Shown here one piece after another: positions 48,561-58,653 of a DNA stretch of 64,000 nucleotides (its first letter is position 1; each line of letters begins with the position of its first letter). The notes beneath the pieces were generated by a model. The model had not been told where the DNA came from, ran no database searches, and worked only from the letters and a program-made list of their open reading frames with translations. The translations under genes were made by a program, and so were the position numbers. Location: NCBI GenBank assembly GCA_050015395.1, contig JBEKBM010000008.1:33244-97243 (forward strand), written 5' to 3'. Source of the DNA: Candidatus Bathyarchaeia archaeon (GTDB taxonomy: Archaea; Thermoproteota; Bathyarchaeia; Bathyarchaeales; Bathycorpusculaceae).

Positions 48561-49451
48561 ATGTCTGAAGCAGAGCTAAAAAGGAGAAAATGGGACAACA
48601 CTAAGCTGTCAATGTCCGTCTTTTTTGCAAACAAGGTCGCAGTCGTCGGTCTTATCATAATCATGATATATGTAGTAGACGCGCTGATTGTGCAGTTCTT
48701 CCCACAGCTCCTCGGCATCACTAACGTAGGTTCGCTTGTTCCGAACTTTATCAACCCAGCGCCCTCGCCACCTTCAATGGCGCACCTGTTTGGCACGACG
48801 TATCCAGGGGTGGATCTATTCACCAGCACGATTAAGGCGATAAGGATAGACCTATTCTATTCAGTGCTTGTTGTGGCTATAGGCGCGGCAGTCGGATCCC
48901 TAATAGGCGTTATCTCGGCCTATGTCGGTGGCCTAATGGATGAAATCGTGATGAGGATAACCGACGTATTCTTTAGCATACCGTATCTTATACTTGCGTT
49001 GGCCGTCGGCTTTGTCCTCGGCAGAAGTCTGCTGAACATGTCTATCGCCCTTGCAATAGTGTGGTGGCCTCTATATGCGAGGTACACGAGGAGTCAGACG
49101 CTAAGCACTAAGGAGTTTACGTTCGTTGAAGCGGCCAAAGCCTCCGGAGTCAGCAGGGTAAAGATCATGTTTAAACATATACTGCCAAACTCGCTGCCCC
49201 CCGTATTTATTCAAATATCCTTGGACTTGGGCTCAATAATGGTTATCTTCTCCACCCTTGCTTTCATAGGTTTCATAGCGAACGCAAGCGTGCCAGAGCT
49301 TGGTTACCTCACAAGCTTGGGCCTCAACTATGTTCAGACCGCTCCTTGGACGGTCATCTTCCCGGGCTTGGCTATCACCTTATTTGCTCTGGCGGTCAAC
49401 CTAGTCGGCGATGGGCTAAGGGATGTGATGGACCCACGGAGGAGAAGCTGA
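48561..49451 (+). CDS. Peptide ABC permease (DppC/OppC-like)
   Basis: HLFGT, MRITDVF, FVEAAKASG, HILPN, GDGLRD..DP. Confidence 0.93.
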   Translation: MSEAELKRRKWDNTKLSMSVFFANKVAVVGLIIIMIYVVDALIVQFFPQLLGITNVGSLVPNFINPAPSPPSMAHLFGTTYPGVDLFTSTIKAIRIDLFYSVLVVAIGAAVGSLIGVISAYVGGLMDEIVMRITDVFFSIPYLILALAVGFVLGRSLLNMSIALAIVWWPLYARYTRSQTLSTKEFTFVEAAKASGVSRVKIMFKHILPNSLPPVFIQISLDLGSIMVIFSTLAFIGFIANASVPELGYLTSLGLNYVQTAPWTVIFPGLAITLFALAVNLVGDGLRDVMDPRRRS

Positions 49452-49452
49452 T

Positions 49453-50805
49453 TTGGAGGACACGTTAAGGGTTTCGAATTTAAAGGTACAGTTCTACACT
49501 AGGAGAGGTATCTATAAGGCCCTTAACGGCGTGGATCTTTACCTTATGCAGGGTGAAGTATTCGGCGTAGCAGGGGAGAGCGGATGCGGCAAGACAACAC
49601 TAGGGCTAACGATAATAGGCCTTCTGCCGGTGAACGCGGCAGTGACGGCGGGGGAAGTCATCCTCCTCGGTGAGAGAGACTTAATAGCCACTCTGAGGAA
49701 ATTTACCTCAAAAGGACCGGACAAGTTCAACTTAAGACAGAGCGAGGAGGTCATGAAAAAGCTGAACAAGGAGTTGGCCAACATCCGGGGCAGTAGGATA
49801 TCCATGGTCTTCCAAGATCCGATGACGAGTCTTAACCCTGTCCTTCAGGTCGGTTTCCAAATAGCGGAGACTGTTATTACGCATCAGCCAAGATCACTCG
49901 CACAGAGGAAGCTTGCTAGGGCAAGGGCAACACGGGATGATATTGAGCAGATAATGAAGCTACTGAAGGAAGGGGCAGACGAACAAGTTATTAACAGATA
50001 CGCTGAATCGAAGGGGCTGCGCGGGATTGAGAACCAAGTCCTTAACGTGTGGAGGAGGAGCGATCTTGGGGAGGCCAAGAAAGGGAAGATTATTATGTCG
50101 CTCCATTCGGAGAAGTTGGGGTCATTTGAAAAGATGGTCCTGCAGAGTGTGGAAAAGAGAAAGAATATAGGCGGCTGGATGAGGGTCCCAGGTCTAAGCA
50201 GGGCAGCCAAGAATGTCCTATTAAAGGAAGGGTACATAGAGGCGATCGAACTTCTTTCGATGCTTGAGGTCCCCAACCCAGACAAAGTGGTAAGGATGTA
50301 TCCCCATGAGTTGTCAGGTGGTATGAGGCAGAGGATAGTAATAGCTATCGCGCTTGCGAACAACCCTGAGCTGGTCATATTGGATGAGCCGACCAGTGCG
50401 CTGGATGTAACTGTACAGGCTCAAATACTCGAGCTTACAAGGCACCTTAAACAAAGGTTCAACACTTCGTTTATATTCATATCTCATGACCTTTCTGTCT
50501 TAGCCGAAGTGTGCGATAGAATCGGCATAATGTACGCCGGCAAAATAGTCGAGATGGCACCTACAGAAGTAGTTTTCAACAAGCCTCTTCATCCATATAC
50601 GAAGATGCTCATAAAAGCCATCCCCACAATTGACGGTAATGAAATCCAAGGCATAGGCGGCGCTGTACCCGATATGAGGAACGTGCCACTAGGTTGCTCT
50701 TTTCACCCTAGGTGCCCAGATGCGACGGATAAGTGCAGAGCTATGAAGCCAGAAACGGTGGAAGTCGAAGAGGGGCATTTTGTCTCCTGCTTCCCTAAAC
50801 GGTGA
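49453..50805 (+). CDS. Peptide ABC ATPase (DppD-like) with a large insertion
   Basis: GESGCGKT, FQDP, YPHELSGGMRQR, DEPT, HPYT, C..HPRC..C..C. Confidence 0.92.
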   Translation: MEDTLRVSNLKVQFYTRRGIYKALNGVDLYLMQGEVFGVAGESGCGKTTLGLTIIGLLPVNAAVTAGEVILLGERDLIATLRKFTSKGPDKFNLRQSEEVMKKLNKELANIRGSRISMVFQDPMTSLNPVLQVGFQIAETVITHQPRSLAQRKLARARATRDDIEQIMKLLKEGADEQVINRYAESKGLRGIENQVLNVWRRSDLGEAKKGKIIMSLHSEKLGSFEKMVLQSVEKRKNIGGWMRVPGLSRAAKNVLLKEGYIEAIELLSMLEVPNPDKVVRMYPHELSGGMRQRIVIAIALANNPELVILDEPTSALDVTVQAQILELTRHLKQRFNTSFIFISHDLSVLAEVCDRIGIMYAGKIVEMAPTEVVFNKPLHPYTKMLIKAIPTIDGNEIQGIGGAVPDMRNVPLGCSFHPRCPDATDKCRAMKPETVEVEEGHFVSCFPKR

Positions 50806-50811
50806 TTAAGA

Positions 50812-52122
50812 ATGTTAATAGTGACAAGGCAACTGGTTAAACACTTCCCGATTAAAGGCAGTAGCGTACTCGGGAAACCACTTATGCTCAAAGCCGTTGA
50901 CGGCGTGAATATACAGGTGAGAGAAGGGGAGGTTGTAGGCGTAGTGGGGGAGAGCGGCTCAGGGAAGAGCACGCTCGGAAGGTTGCTCTTAGGCCTCCTA
51001 AAGCCAACGGCTGGTCACGTCTTCTTTGATGTACCGGACGATGTCTTACGAGAGTACGATGATTATGTGGCAAATAATGAGTTGAAGAAGGCAGCTGACA
51101 TTGAAAAAGAATACTCTATCTTCAGCAAAAAGCGAGATAGGCAAAAGGAGATCAGGAAGAAGACGAACATTGTCTTTCAGGACCCGTATTCGTCATTGGA
51201 TCCTCGGCTGAACATCTTGGACATCATAATGGAACCCATCATAGCTACAGGTTATATGCGGTCGAAGGAGGCGGTCAACAGATGCATGGAGCTCTTGGAC
51301 GAAGTCGGCCTTCCAAAAGATTTCGCCTATAGGTACCCTCATGAACTTTCCGGTGGCCAGAAACAGAGGGTTGCCCTAGCTAGGGGAATAGCCACACTGC
51401 CCAAGTTCTTGGTATTAGACGAGCCGACCAGTGCGCTGGACGTTTCGGTCCAAGCTCAGGTATTAGCACTTTTGCGCAGGATAAGGGAGAAGCATAACAT
51501 AGGAATGATCCTCATAACCCACAACATAGCCGTGATCTCCTACATGGCAGATCAAGTAAACGTAATGTACGCCGGCAAGATAGTGGAAAGCGGGCTAAAG
51601 AACGACGTAATATTAAGCCCAGTCCATCCATATAACGTAGCACTTATATCGGCTGTTCCAGGGAAGAAAGTCAAAGGAAACAAGATAATATTGAAGGGGG
51701 ACACTCCAAACTTAGTGGAGCCGCCACCAGGGTGCTCTTTTCACCCAAGGTGCCCAGTAGCCTTCAATATCTGCGGCTGGACTGCTGACGAAGTAGCTGC
51801 GGATCTGAAATACCTAATTGAGGATAAGTATGCAGACATGTTCAAAGGAGAAACCGTTATTTCCACAAATGGAAATGGCAACGTAATGATTAGAAACGTC
51901 AACATAAGTAACTTGAAGGAACTGCTCAACTTGGAAAAGGAAAAGTCGAGGAGCCTTGCTGCGATAGATAGGCTAAGCGAGTCTGAAGAGGGCGTCGAGC
52001 TAGAGCTCAAGCATTACCAAGCGCCTAAAATGTATCAACACGCTAATAGGTTAGTCTCCTGTTTCCTCTATGCGCCACGCGATGAAAAATTATCATCGCA
52101 AACGATAGACTCTGTAAATTAG
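50812..52122 (+). CDS. Peptide ABC ATPase (DppF-like) with insertions
   Basis: GESGSGKS, FQDPYSSLDPR, LSGGQKQR, DEPT, C..HPRC. Confidence 0.92.
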   Translation: MLIVTRQLVKHFPIKGSSVLGKPLMLKAVDGVNIQVREGEVVGVVGESGSGKSTLGRLLLGLLKPTAGHVFFDVPDDVLREYDDYVANNELKKAADIEKEYSIFSKKRDRQKEIRKKTNIVFQDPYSSLDPRLNILDIIMEPIIATGYMRSKEAVNRCMELLDEVGLPKDFAYRYPHELSGGQKQRVALARGIATLPKFLVLDEPTSALDVSVQAQVLALLRRIREKHNIGMILITHNIAVISYMADQVNVMYAGKIVESGLKNDVILSPVHPYNVALISAVPGKKVKGNKIILKGDTPNLVEPPPGCSFHPRCPVAFNICGWTADEVAADLKYLIEDKYADMFKGETVISTNGNGNVMIRNVNISNLKELLNLEKEKSRSLAAIDRLSESEEGVELELKHYQAPKMYQHANRLVSCFLYAPRDEKLSSQTIDSVN

Positions 52123-52198
52123 ATTGACTCCTCTTACGCTAAACTCCACCTACACGGTTTAATTCGGCGCGCTGTTGTTTATAGGAAGAGGCGGGAAA

Positions 52199-53110
52199 AT
52201 GGCAAACAAGAAAATCGGTTCATTTGACTTTTTCTTGATGTTATGCCTGATTATTTTTTGGGGTAGCTCATTTGTTGTAGCGAAAACATTGCTTTTGCAA
52301 GGATTGACTCCAATCGCTATCGCAACATTCAGGTTTCTGGTAGCAGGAGCGTTATTTCTAGTCGCTCTTGTGGTAAGGAAGGTTAGGAGACCACTTAGCT
52401 TAGTGCTTTTTGAAGGTAAAGACATTCTGGTGTTCGTAGGTCTATCTCTCGTAGGGGTTACTTTCTTCTTTATTGCCCAATACGTAGGCATCGAGTTGGC
52501 AGGCGCCTCCGTTGCTGCGATTTTAGTTTGCTTCCTTTCACCTATACTCATCACCTTGCTTTCTATGCGGATTTTTAATGAAGCCCTAAAGAGAAAGCAG
52601 TTCTTGGGACTTGCCGTTGCGGGAATTGGCACTTTGGTCGTCATCACAGGCGGCACAATGGATTTGAGAAGCAGCAATCCAACATTTCTCTTTGGAAGCT
52701 TAATTCTTCTGCTTACACCTATTCTTTGGGCTTCATACACCCTTGGAGGAAAAAGATTGATCGAGAAGTACAGTCCTTTCCTCGTTGTAGCATATGTAAA
52801 CATTATAGGCGGACTTTTCTTAGTTCCGTTCTCTTTGGCCGAAAACTCTCTCCACGGAATACTAACCTTGAATCTCCAAGCATGGGGGGCAATTCTGTAC
52901 CTAGCGGTCACGTGTTCGTTCGTGGGGTATTTTATCTGGTTCTACGTTATGAGCAAGGTAAAAGCCGCAGTCGCCAGTTCTTTTCTCTTCGCAGAACCAT
53001 TAGTGACAGTTTTGTTTGCAACAGCTTTCATCGGAGAAAACATCACTCCGCTAATCTTGGCCGGAGGGCTCTTAATCTTCACGGGCGTTCTTCTCATCAC
53101 AAGGAAATAA
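52199..53110 (+). CDS. EamA/DMT-family transporter
   Basis: FWGSSF...K, R F..AG, EPLV; 10 TM segments. Confidence 0.9.
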   Translation: MANKKIGSFDFFLMLCLIIFWGSSFVVAKTLLLQGLTPIAIATFRFLVAGALFLVALVVRKVRRPLSLVLFEGKDILVFVGLSLVGVTFFFIAQYVGIELAGASVAAILVCFLSPILITLLSMRIFNEALKRKQFLGLAVAGIGTLVVITGGTMDLRSSNPTFLFGSLILLLTPILWASYTLGGKRLIEKYSPFLVVAYVNIIGGLFLVPFSLAENSLHGILTLNLQAWGAILYLAVTCSFVGYFIWFYVMSKVKAAVASSFLFAEPLVTVLFATAFIGENITPLILAGGLLIFTGVLLITRK

Positions 53111-53246
53111 CAAGCATTCAGCCTATCAAACAGGCGACTTGCGCGATTCAACTTTAAAGTCGACGCAAAATGCCTCTAATGTTTTTTGCTACTTAAGGTT
53201 TGAGAGAAGACTTTAAAGCAAGAATCCAGTGCTTGTATAGCGAGAA

Positions 53247-53546
53247 ATGACAAACTCAAAGTACTCGATGAATTTTGCTCAGACGGCAATTGATTATATC
53301 AAGAAATTATCGTGGACTGAAAAGCAAAAAGCATTCTGGTATCCCTGCTCTGGAGGTTTTACTCGGCAACAACTCGCACGCGAATGTAGGGCACACTTCA
53401 GCACCGTTAGCCCTCTCTTTTACGAGGCGTTGAATTATGGAATAACTGAAGAAGAGAAAACCAGGGGGGAACTTCTTAAGAGAGCACTAGACTGCGTTCC
53501 CTCTTTTGAGCAAGTAGCTTTTCAAGAGAGAGACTGTATGAATTAG
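53247..53546 (+). CDS. Hypothetical protein
   Basis: 99-aa ORF after a TATA-like element, 17 nt before ltaE; no motif recognised. Confidence 0.45.
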   Translation: MTNSKYSMNFAQTAIDYIKKLSWTEKQKAFWYPCSGGFTRQQLARECRAHFSTVSPLFYEALNYGITEEEKTRGELLKRALDCVPSFEQVAFQERDCMN

Positions 53547-53563
53547 GAGAAGATAAGACGAGA

Positions 53564-54628
53564 ATGGCAAACAAAGAAATAATTGATTTACGAAGCGACA
53601 CGGTGACGTTGCCCACAGAGGAGATGCTGGAGGCAATTCGGCATGCAGAACTAGGAGACGACGTTTACGGGGAAGACCCAACGGTTAAAAAGCTTGAAGA
53701 AATGGCAGCCGAGAAGATGGGAAAAGACGCGGCTCTTTTAGTCACAAGCGGCACGCAAGCAAACCTAGTGTCTTTGATGAACAATGCAAAACGTGGAGAA
53801 CTAGTATTCTTGGAAGCGGAATCTCATATTTACTGGTATGAAGGAGGAGGGGTATCTGCAATTGCTGGACTACTGCCGTGGCTAATCAAGAGTCACTTGG
53901 GAGCGATCGATCCAGAAGACATTGAAGCAGCGATAAGACCGAAGAACATCCATTTTCCAGTGCCCTCTCTGATATGCATTGAAAATACGCACAACAGGTA
54001 TGGGGGAACAATAGTCACTCCTGATCAAATGCGAGCGATAAGCGAAGTGGCCAAAAGATATGGCTTGAAATTCTACATGGACGGCGCAAGAATATTCAAC
54101 GCTGCCGTAGCCTCAAAGACTAACGTAAAAGAGTTCACAAAGCATGTAGACAGCCTGATGTTCTGCCTATCTAAAAGCCTAAGCTGCCCAGTCGGCTCAG
54201 TGGTCGTCGGCACTCAACAATTCATCGAGAAAGCCAGAAAAACCCGGAAAGTTTTGGGCGGTGGAATGCGCCAAGCAGGCATAATCGCTGCGGCAGGCAT
54301 TGTTGCCCTTGAAAAGATGATTGACAGACTGGAAGAAGACCACAAAAATGCCAGGCGCTTAGCAGAAGGAATAGCAAAGATAAACGGGATCAAAGTTGAT
54401 TTAAATGCGGTGCAGACAAACATGGTTCGTTTCGATATGAGCGATTTAGGAGCCTCAGATGAACTGTTCGTTCTAAAGCTCAAGGAAAAGGACGTTTTAG
54501 TCTCAACCATGGCCAAGAACAGCATAAGAATGGTGACGCATCGCGGGATAGAAAAAGTTCATATCGAAAAAGCAATAAATGCAATTGACAGCGTAGCAAA
54601 AGAACTGCAATCAAAAAAACAATCCTGA
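53564..54628 (+). CDS. ltaE: Low-specificity L-threonine aldolase
   Basis: DLRSDTVT.P, GDDVYGEDP, SGTQAN, DGARIFNA, CLSK, GGGMRQAG. Confidence 0.95.
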   Translation: MANKEIIDLRSDTVTLPTEEMLEAIRHAELGDDVYGEDPTVKKLEEMAAEKMGKDAALLVTSGTQANLVSLMNNAKRGELVFLEAESHIYWYEGGGVSAIAGLLPWLIKSHLGAIDPEDIEAAIRPKNIHFPVPSLICIENTHNRYGGTIVTPDQMRAISEVAKRYGLKFYMDGARIFNAAVASKTNVKEFTKHVDSLMFCLSKSLSCPVGSVVVGTQQFIEKARKTRKVLGGGMRQAGIIAAAGIVALEKMIDRLEEDHKNARRLAEGIAKINGIKVDLNAVQTNMVRFDMSDLGASDELFVLKLKEKDVLVSTMAKNSIRMVTHRGIEKVHIEKAINAIDSVAKELQSKKQS

Positions 54629-54886
54629 CGTAAAGAAGCTCAAAGAAAAACCGAAAACGTTCACTTGGCTAAAGGTCACAGCGCGCTGGCTTGTCCCAAA
54701 ATTGGTGTAAAATGGTCATAACTCTTATTTTCTGATTTGGAGACAAATTTGAGCTTTTTAACCTCTTACGGAATAGTTCGCACCTTACCAACCAAGTGGG
54801 CACCATGAAAAACAGCCGCGCCATGTTCTAGCTCTCGCGATTGAAATTTTTGTTATTCTGGTCGCGCACTATAGAGGATACCGCCT

Positions 54887-55390
54887 CTAGTCCGGGTTTT
54901 CTTCTTTCTCTATTGTCTCTTCTATTTCCTTTTCTTCTTTGTGCATCTCCTCTGGAGATTGCGGAAATTGAGCAGATTCTTTTTTTATTTCGATTTCCTC
55001 TTCGACAATTTGCCGCGCGCGCTGTTCCTTTATTATGCGCTCCATCTCTCTTTGCTTTGCTTCTGGAATCAACTGATTCAGTTTACTAACAAGCTTCTCC
55101 GCTTCTTCTGTTCGAAGCGGAATATTTGCATCTCTGCGGTGGGGCAATAATATTTTAACTTCTCCCGTTTTTTCCATTTTCACAGAATCAATGTCAGATA
55201 AGCGGATATGTAATGGTGCAAAGACGCTCAAGATACGACCGATTGTTTCCCTTAGACCCTGAGCGTTTTCAAGTGCTTCCTCGATTTCGTTTTTCACGTT
55301 TCCTTTCACGTCTATTTTCAACAGATCGTTGGTAACCCTAATAATAAAATGCGGATGATCAATCTCCAAAACCAAATCTGTCTCTGACAT
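54887..55390 (-). CDS. Hypothetical protein (beta-rich N-terminus, acidic helical tail)
   Basis: ATG at 55390 with GGGG RBS; coherent 167-aa ORF. Confidence 0.65.
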   Translation of the reverse strand: MSETDLVLEIDHPHFIIRVTNDLLKIDVKGNVKNEIEEALENAQGLRETIGRILSVFAPLHIRLSDIDSVKMEKTGEVKILLPHRRDANIPLRTEEAEKLVSKLNQLIPEAKQREMERIIKEQRARQIVEEEIEIKKESAQFPQSPEEMHKEEKEIEETIEKEENPD

Positions 55391-55846
55391 TCTTAACCCC
55401 TTCAATTCTCGTTACTACTATAGACGTGGAAATAAACTTTCACTTGCGCGCGCTTGTGACTTCGGTTGCAGATATCACAGAACAGCTTAAGAGAGCAAAA
55501 TCTGCTGAAGAAGCAAACAGTACCTACTGGCAAGATTTCTCTCGTAGCATTGAAGCTTATAGACCCATGGTAATATAGCGGAGGTTATGAACTAATGAAA
55601 ACTGTAAACGGCTTTGCATTCTCTTAACTTTGGAGAAAATCTTGCACCTTCGGTAATGAGTCGCTCTTTGTTTGAACTGGCAACGAAGGCGATAGATAAT
55701 TGCAAGGCATTCAAAAAATACTATATGAGAATTGGTGAAAATGACTGAGAAAAACTTAAAACGGCAGTTGCCGAAACCATTTCTAGCAAATTGACCTTTG
55801 CTCTTGCATAAAGAAGCAAATTGAGTCGAAAATCGGGCTGGTTTAA

Positions 55847-57052
55847 GTGTTTAACACCTACAGAGGGATGCAGAAAGAGGCAAAATACCTAATCTACTCG
55901 TCAGTACTGCCTTCCGTAGCTTACGGCATGTTCTACACTGACATAGCCTATTTTCTCACCACAGTTCAAGGGTTATCCTTCAACCTCATGGGACTCATCG
56001 TAACGGTCATGGGCATATCCACTTTTGCAACCTGCGTTCCCATGGGAATTGTAGCAGACAAATACGGCAGAAAGCGAGTGCTCATACTAGGCAACATAAT
56101 AGCAAGCGTCATCATTGCGGTTTTCGCTTTAACCACAAACCCAGCACTGTTAATAATTGCTGCCATTTTCGAAGGCATTTCAGAAGCAGCTTCTTATTCG
56201 TCTAGCAGTGCGTTGCTTGCAGAAAAAGCTGAAGATGCGAAGAGGAACAGCGTCTTCTCCATGTTTGGCTTTGCCCAAAGCACAGCCTTCGGCCTCGGCG
56301 CTATTGCAATCCTGGCGACATCAACGATGGGTGGATTCACGAATAAGGAAAGCCACGTTCTTCTCTACGTAATATTTGCCGTTCTGAGTTTGTCTTCCAC
56401 ACTCATAATCTTCAAAGTTAGCGAATCAAAAAGGTCCACGAAAGCTAATGCAACCTTGAGTGAGCTGCTCCCAAGAAAGTCTAAAAATGTTTTGGTGAAA
56501 TATGCCTTCACGGGCGCGATAATTGCTTTCGGCGCAGGTATGGTCGTTCCTTTGATGACTGCTTGGATGAAGGCGCAGTACGGTATACCGGACTCGTTAA
56601 GCGGTCCAATTTTGGGCTTTTCAAGCATTGTAATAGGTATAACTACGCTTGCCGCTCCTTCGCTTGCGAAAAGATTTGGAGTAGTTAACGCTATAGTTGT
56701 GACGGAGGCAGTTTCAACCATATTCATGTTTACAACGCCGCTGTCTCCAAATTACATAGTGGCAAGCATCGTTTACACGTCAAGGGCCTTTCTTATGAAC
56801 ATGTCAAGTCCGCTGGCGCAGTCGATGATAATGGGGCTGGTCGCGGAAGATGAGCGTGGTGCGGCTTCAGGCGTAAGCTCTGCTCTTTGGAGATTGCCCA
56901 GCGCATTGAGCTCGTTCGTCGGTGCCTGGCTGATTGGCATGGGATTTTTGGCAGCACCATTCTTCTTGGCTGCCCTATTCTACATAGTCTCTATTAGCCT
57001 GTTTTGGTACTACTTCCGACACACAAAAATGCCCGAAGAAAAAGTTAATTGA
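55847..57052 (+). CDS. MFS transporter
   Basis: G..ADKYGRK motif A; 12 TM segments. Confidence 0.92.
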   Translation: MFNTYRGMQKEAKYLIYSSVLPSVAYGMFYTDIAYFLTTVQGLSFNLMGLIVTVMGISTFATCVPMGIVADKYGRKRVLILGNIIASVIIAVFALTTNPALLIIAAIFEGISEAASYSSSSALLAEKAEDAKRNSVFSMFGFAQSTAFGLGAIAILATSTMGGFTNKESHVLLYVIFAVLSLSSTLIIFKVSESKRSTKANATLSELLPRKSKNVLVKYAFTGAIIAFGAGMVVPLMTAWMKAQYGIPDSLSGPILGFSSIVIGITTLAAPSLAKRFGVVNAIVVTEAVSTIFMFTTPLSPNYIVASIVYTSRAFLMNMSSPLAQSMIMGLVAEDERGAASGVSSALWRLPSALSSFVGAWLIGMGFLAAPFFLAALFYIVSISLFWYYFRHTKMPEEKVN

Positions 57053-57196
57053 AGAATTTGTTTTATATGCCTATAGGCTTTGCAACGATTGGTTTTTTCA
57101 ATTTCTTGGCATGCCCTTTTTTGTTTTTTTTTTTAAGTTGACCGAACAGTTGATAGGCTGATTCAAGCTAAAAATCGTTGTAATGTGTGCTTAGAT

Positions 57197-58087
57197 TTAG
57201 TCGGAGCGATAGGATACTAGTACTATGGCTATTATTATGAGGAGAGCTCCGACGACCATGACCATAGTGAGTATCTCGTTTAGTAGAATGAAGGAAATTG
57301 CTGTAGCTATTAATATTTCTGATAGAAGCAGAATCGTGGATGTTGAGGCTGAGATGTGTTTTAAGCCTTCCAGCCATAAGTAGTAAGGAACGACCCAGCA
57401 AACAACGGCTGTGTAAATTATGGCAAGCCAAGCTTGAGCGGGAAGCGCAGGGATCTGGTCTGCTGAGGAGAAGACGAAGGGCAGCATCGGGAGCAGAGTT
57501 AAGGGCAAGATCCATGTTAAAGATTGAAGTACACCATTGCTTGTCATTACGAGTGTTTTATTGTATATTATGAAAAATGCCCAAATGACTCCTGAAGTGA
57601 TTAGTAACAAATCCCCGATCAATTGCCCTCCGCTTAACATCGAGAAATCTAGGTTAGTCGTCACAAATATAACACCAGTTAGAGCAGCTAAAACACCCAA
57701 TATTTTTCTTCTTCCCAGTGTTTCCCCTTGCAGCTTTGGGCTTAGTAATGCCACCCAGACGGCGCTTAAGTTTACGAAGAGCGCTGCTTTTGCTGCTGTA
57801 GTAGAGTTCATTCCGATGTACTGCAATAGGTACGCAACTCCATTGGTAACACCTAGGAAGAGGATTAGTTTCTTCTGTTTTATTGGATAAGTGAGCTTCT
57901 TAGTGGAAAGCATTATCAAGAACATCAGCGCTGATGCTAAAAGAAATCTTAAGAAAACAAATAAGTACGGGTCAACGTAGTTCAAACCGATTTTTATGGC
58001 GGGGAAAGAGGTCCCCCACAAGACACCGGCTAAGACAGTGAGAAAAACGGCTTTTGCCTGCTTTCCTCTCCAGCCTGACGTCCACAT
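57197..58087 (-). CDS. EamA/DMT-family transporter
   Basis: LWGTSF...K, RF, two EamA repeats. Confidence 0.9.
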   Translation of the reverse strand: MWTSGWRGKQAKAVFLTVLAGVLWGTSFPAIKIGLNYVDPYLFVFLRFLLASALMFLIMLSTKKLTYPIKQKKLILFLGVTNGVAYLLQYIGMNSTTAAKAALFVNLSAVWVALLSPKLQGETLGRRKILGVLAALTGVIFVTTNLDFSMLSGGQLIGDLLLITSGVIWAFFIIYNKTLVMTSNGVLQSLTWILPLTLLPMLPFVFSSADQIPALPAQAWLAIIYTAVVCWVVPYYLWLEGLKHISASTSTILLLSEILIATAISFILLNEILTMVMVVGALLIIIAIVLVSYRSD

Positions 58088-58258
58088 GAATTTTTTTCCT
58101 TCTCAGGATTTTATGTGAGCTTTTTTTCTTAAGGGTTGTGATGATGAGTGTCGCTTTGAAGTTTCAATTCCATTTTCTTTTTTTTACTGAGACCATCTAA
58201 GGGCTTAGAATGTAAGCAGTAGCAAAATTCTAAAACAAAGACAAGCATAAACTCAACC

Positions 58259-58399
58259 ATGAAAACTATGAAGAGGGCTCCTCTTTGCCCTTCATGTTAC
58301 AAAGAAATGATAGCTAAATATAACAATGAAAAAAGGTTCCTTTATTATGAGTGCCCTAAGTGTGGTAATCGCATCATAGTGAGTCATGCAGGACATTAA
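58259..58399 (+). CDS. 46-aa Zn-ribbon microprotein (CPSC...CPKCG)
   Basis: MKTMKRAPLCPSCYKEMIAKYNNEKRFLYYECPKCGNRIIVSHAGH*. Confidence 0.6.
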   Translation: MKTMKRAPLCPSCYKEMIAKYNNEKRFLYYECPKCGNRIIVSHAGH

Positions 58400-58441
58400 T
58401 GTGTTAAATTGTGCCATTTTATCAAGACGGCTCAAGAGTAT

Positions 58442-58537
58442 GGAATGTTCGTAGTAAAAACCCGCGCGGCTATAATAGTCTAAGAATAGTAACCTAGGGA
58501 GTTACCGTTCCCAGACTGTAATTTCTACCGAGATTCC
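58442..58537 (-). ncRNA. Candidate structured RNA: rod-like hairpin with G:U pairs on the minus strand
   Basis: 17-bp stem at 58477-58517 with 3 G:U pairs and 1 mismatch, 7-nt loop; outer stems GGUAGAAA/UUUUUACU and GGAAU/AUUCC. Confidence 0.4.
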
Positions 58538-58653
58538 CTCCTTTTTTGCTGCTTAGGGATCTATTCGGCAATAAGTTTTTAGGCAAAATGAGCAAATATA
58601 TCCTTCTAAACCTAAACATATTGGATATCTGTAGAAGTGAGGTAGCCTTCTTG

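Noticed and set aside
50386-51745. Short exact repeats shared by the two ABC ATPase genes (e.g. GAGCCGACCAGTGCGCTGGA)
   Set aside because: Explained by paralogous Walker B, H-loop and HPRC motifs
52159-52911. 250-aa minus-strand ORF and similar antisense ORFs (e.g. 23771-24163, 49884-50378, 44255-44902)
   Set aside because: Antisense or alternate-frame shadows of well-supported genes, with no motifs
54669-54824. Minus-strand ~51-aa ORF and a TTGTCCCAAA/TTTGGAGACAA inverted repeat
   Set aside because: No motif or clear RBS; the repeat is short and imperfect
58470-58535. Purine riboswitch (TATAAT...TTTCTACC)
   Set aside because: P2/P3 kissing loops and P1 are absent; the structure favours the opposite strand
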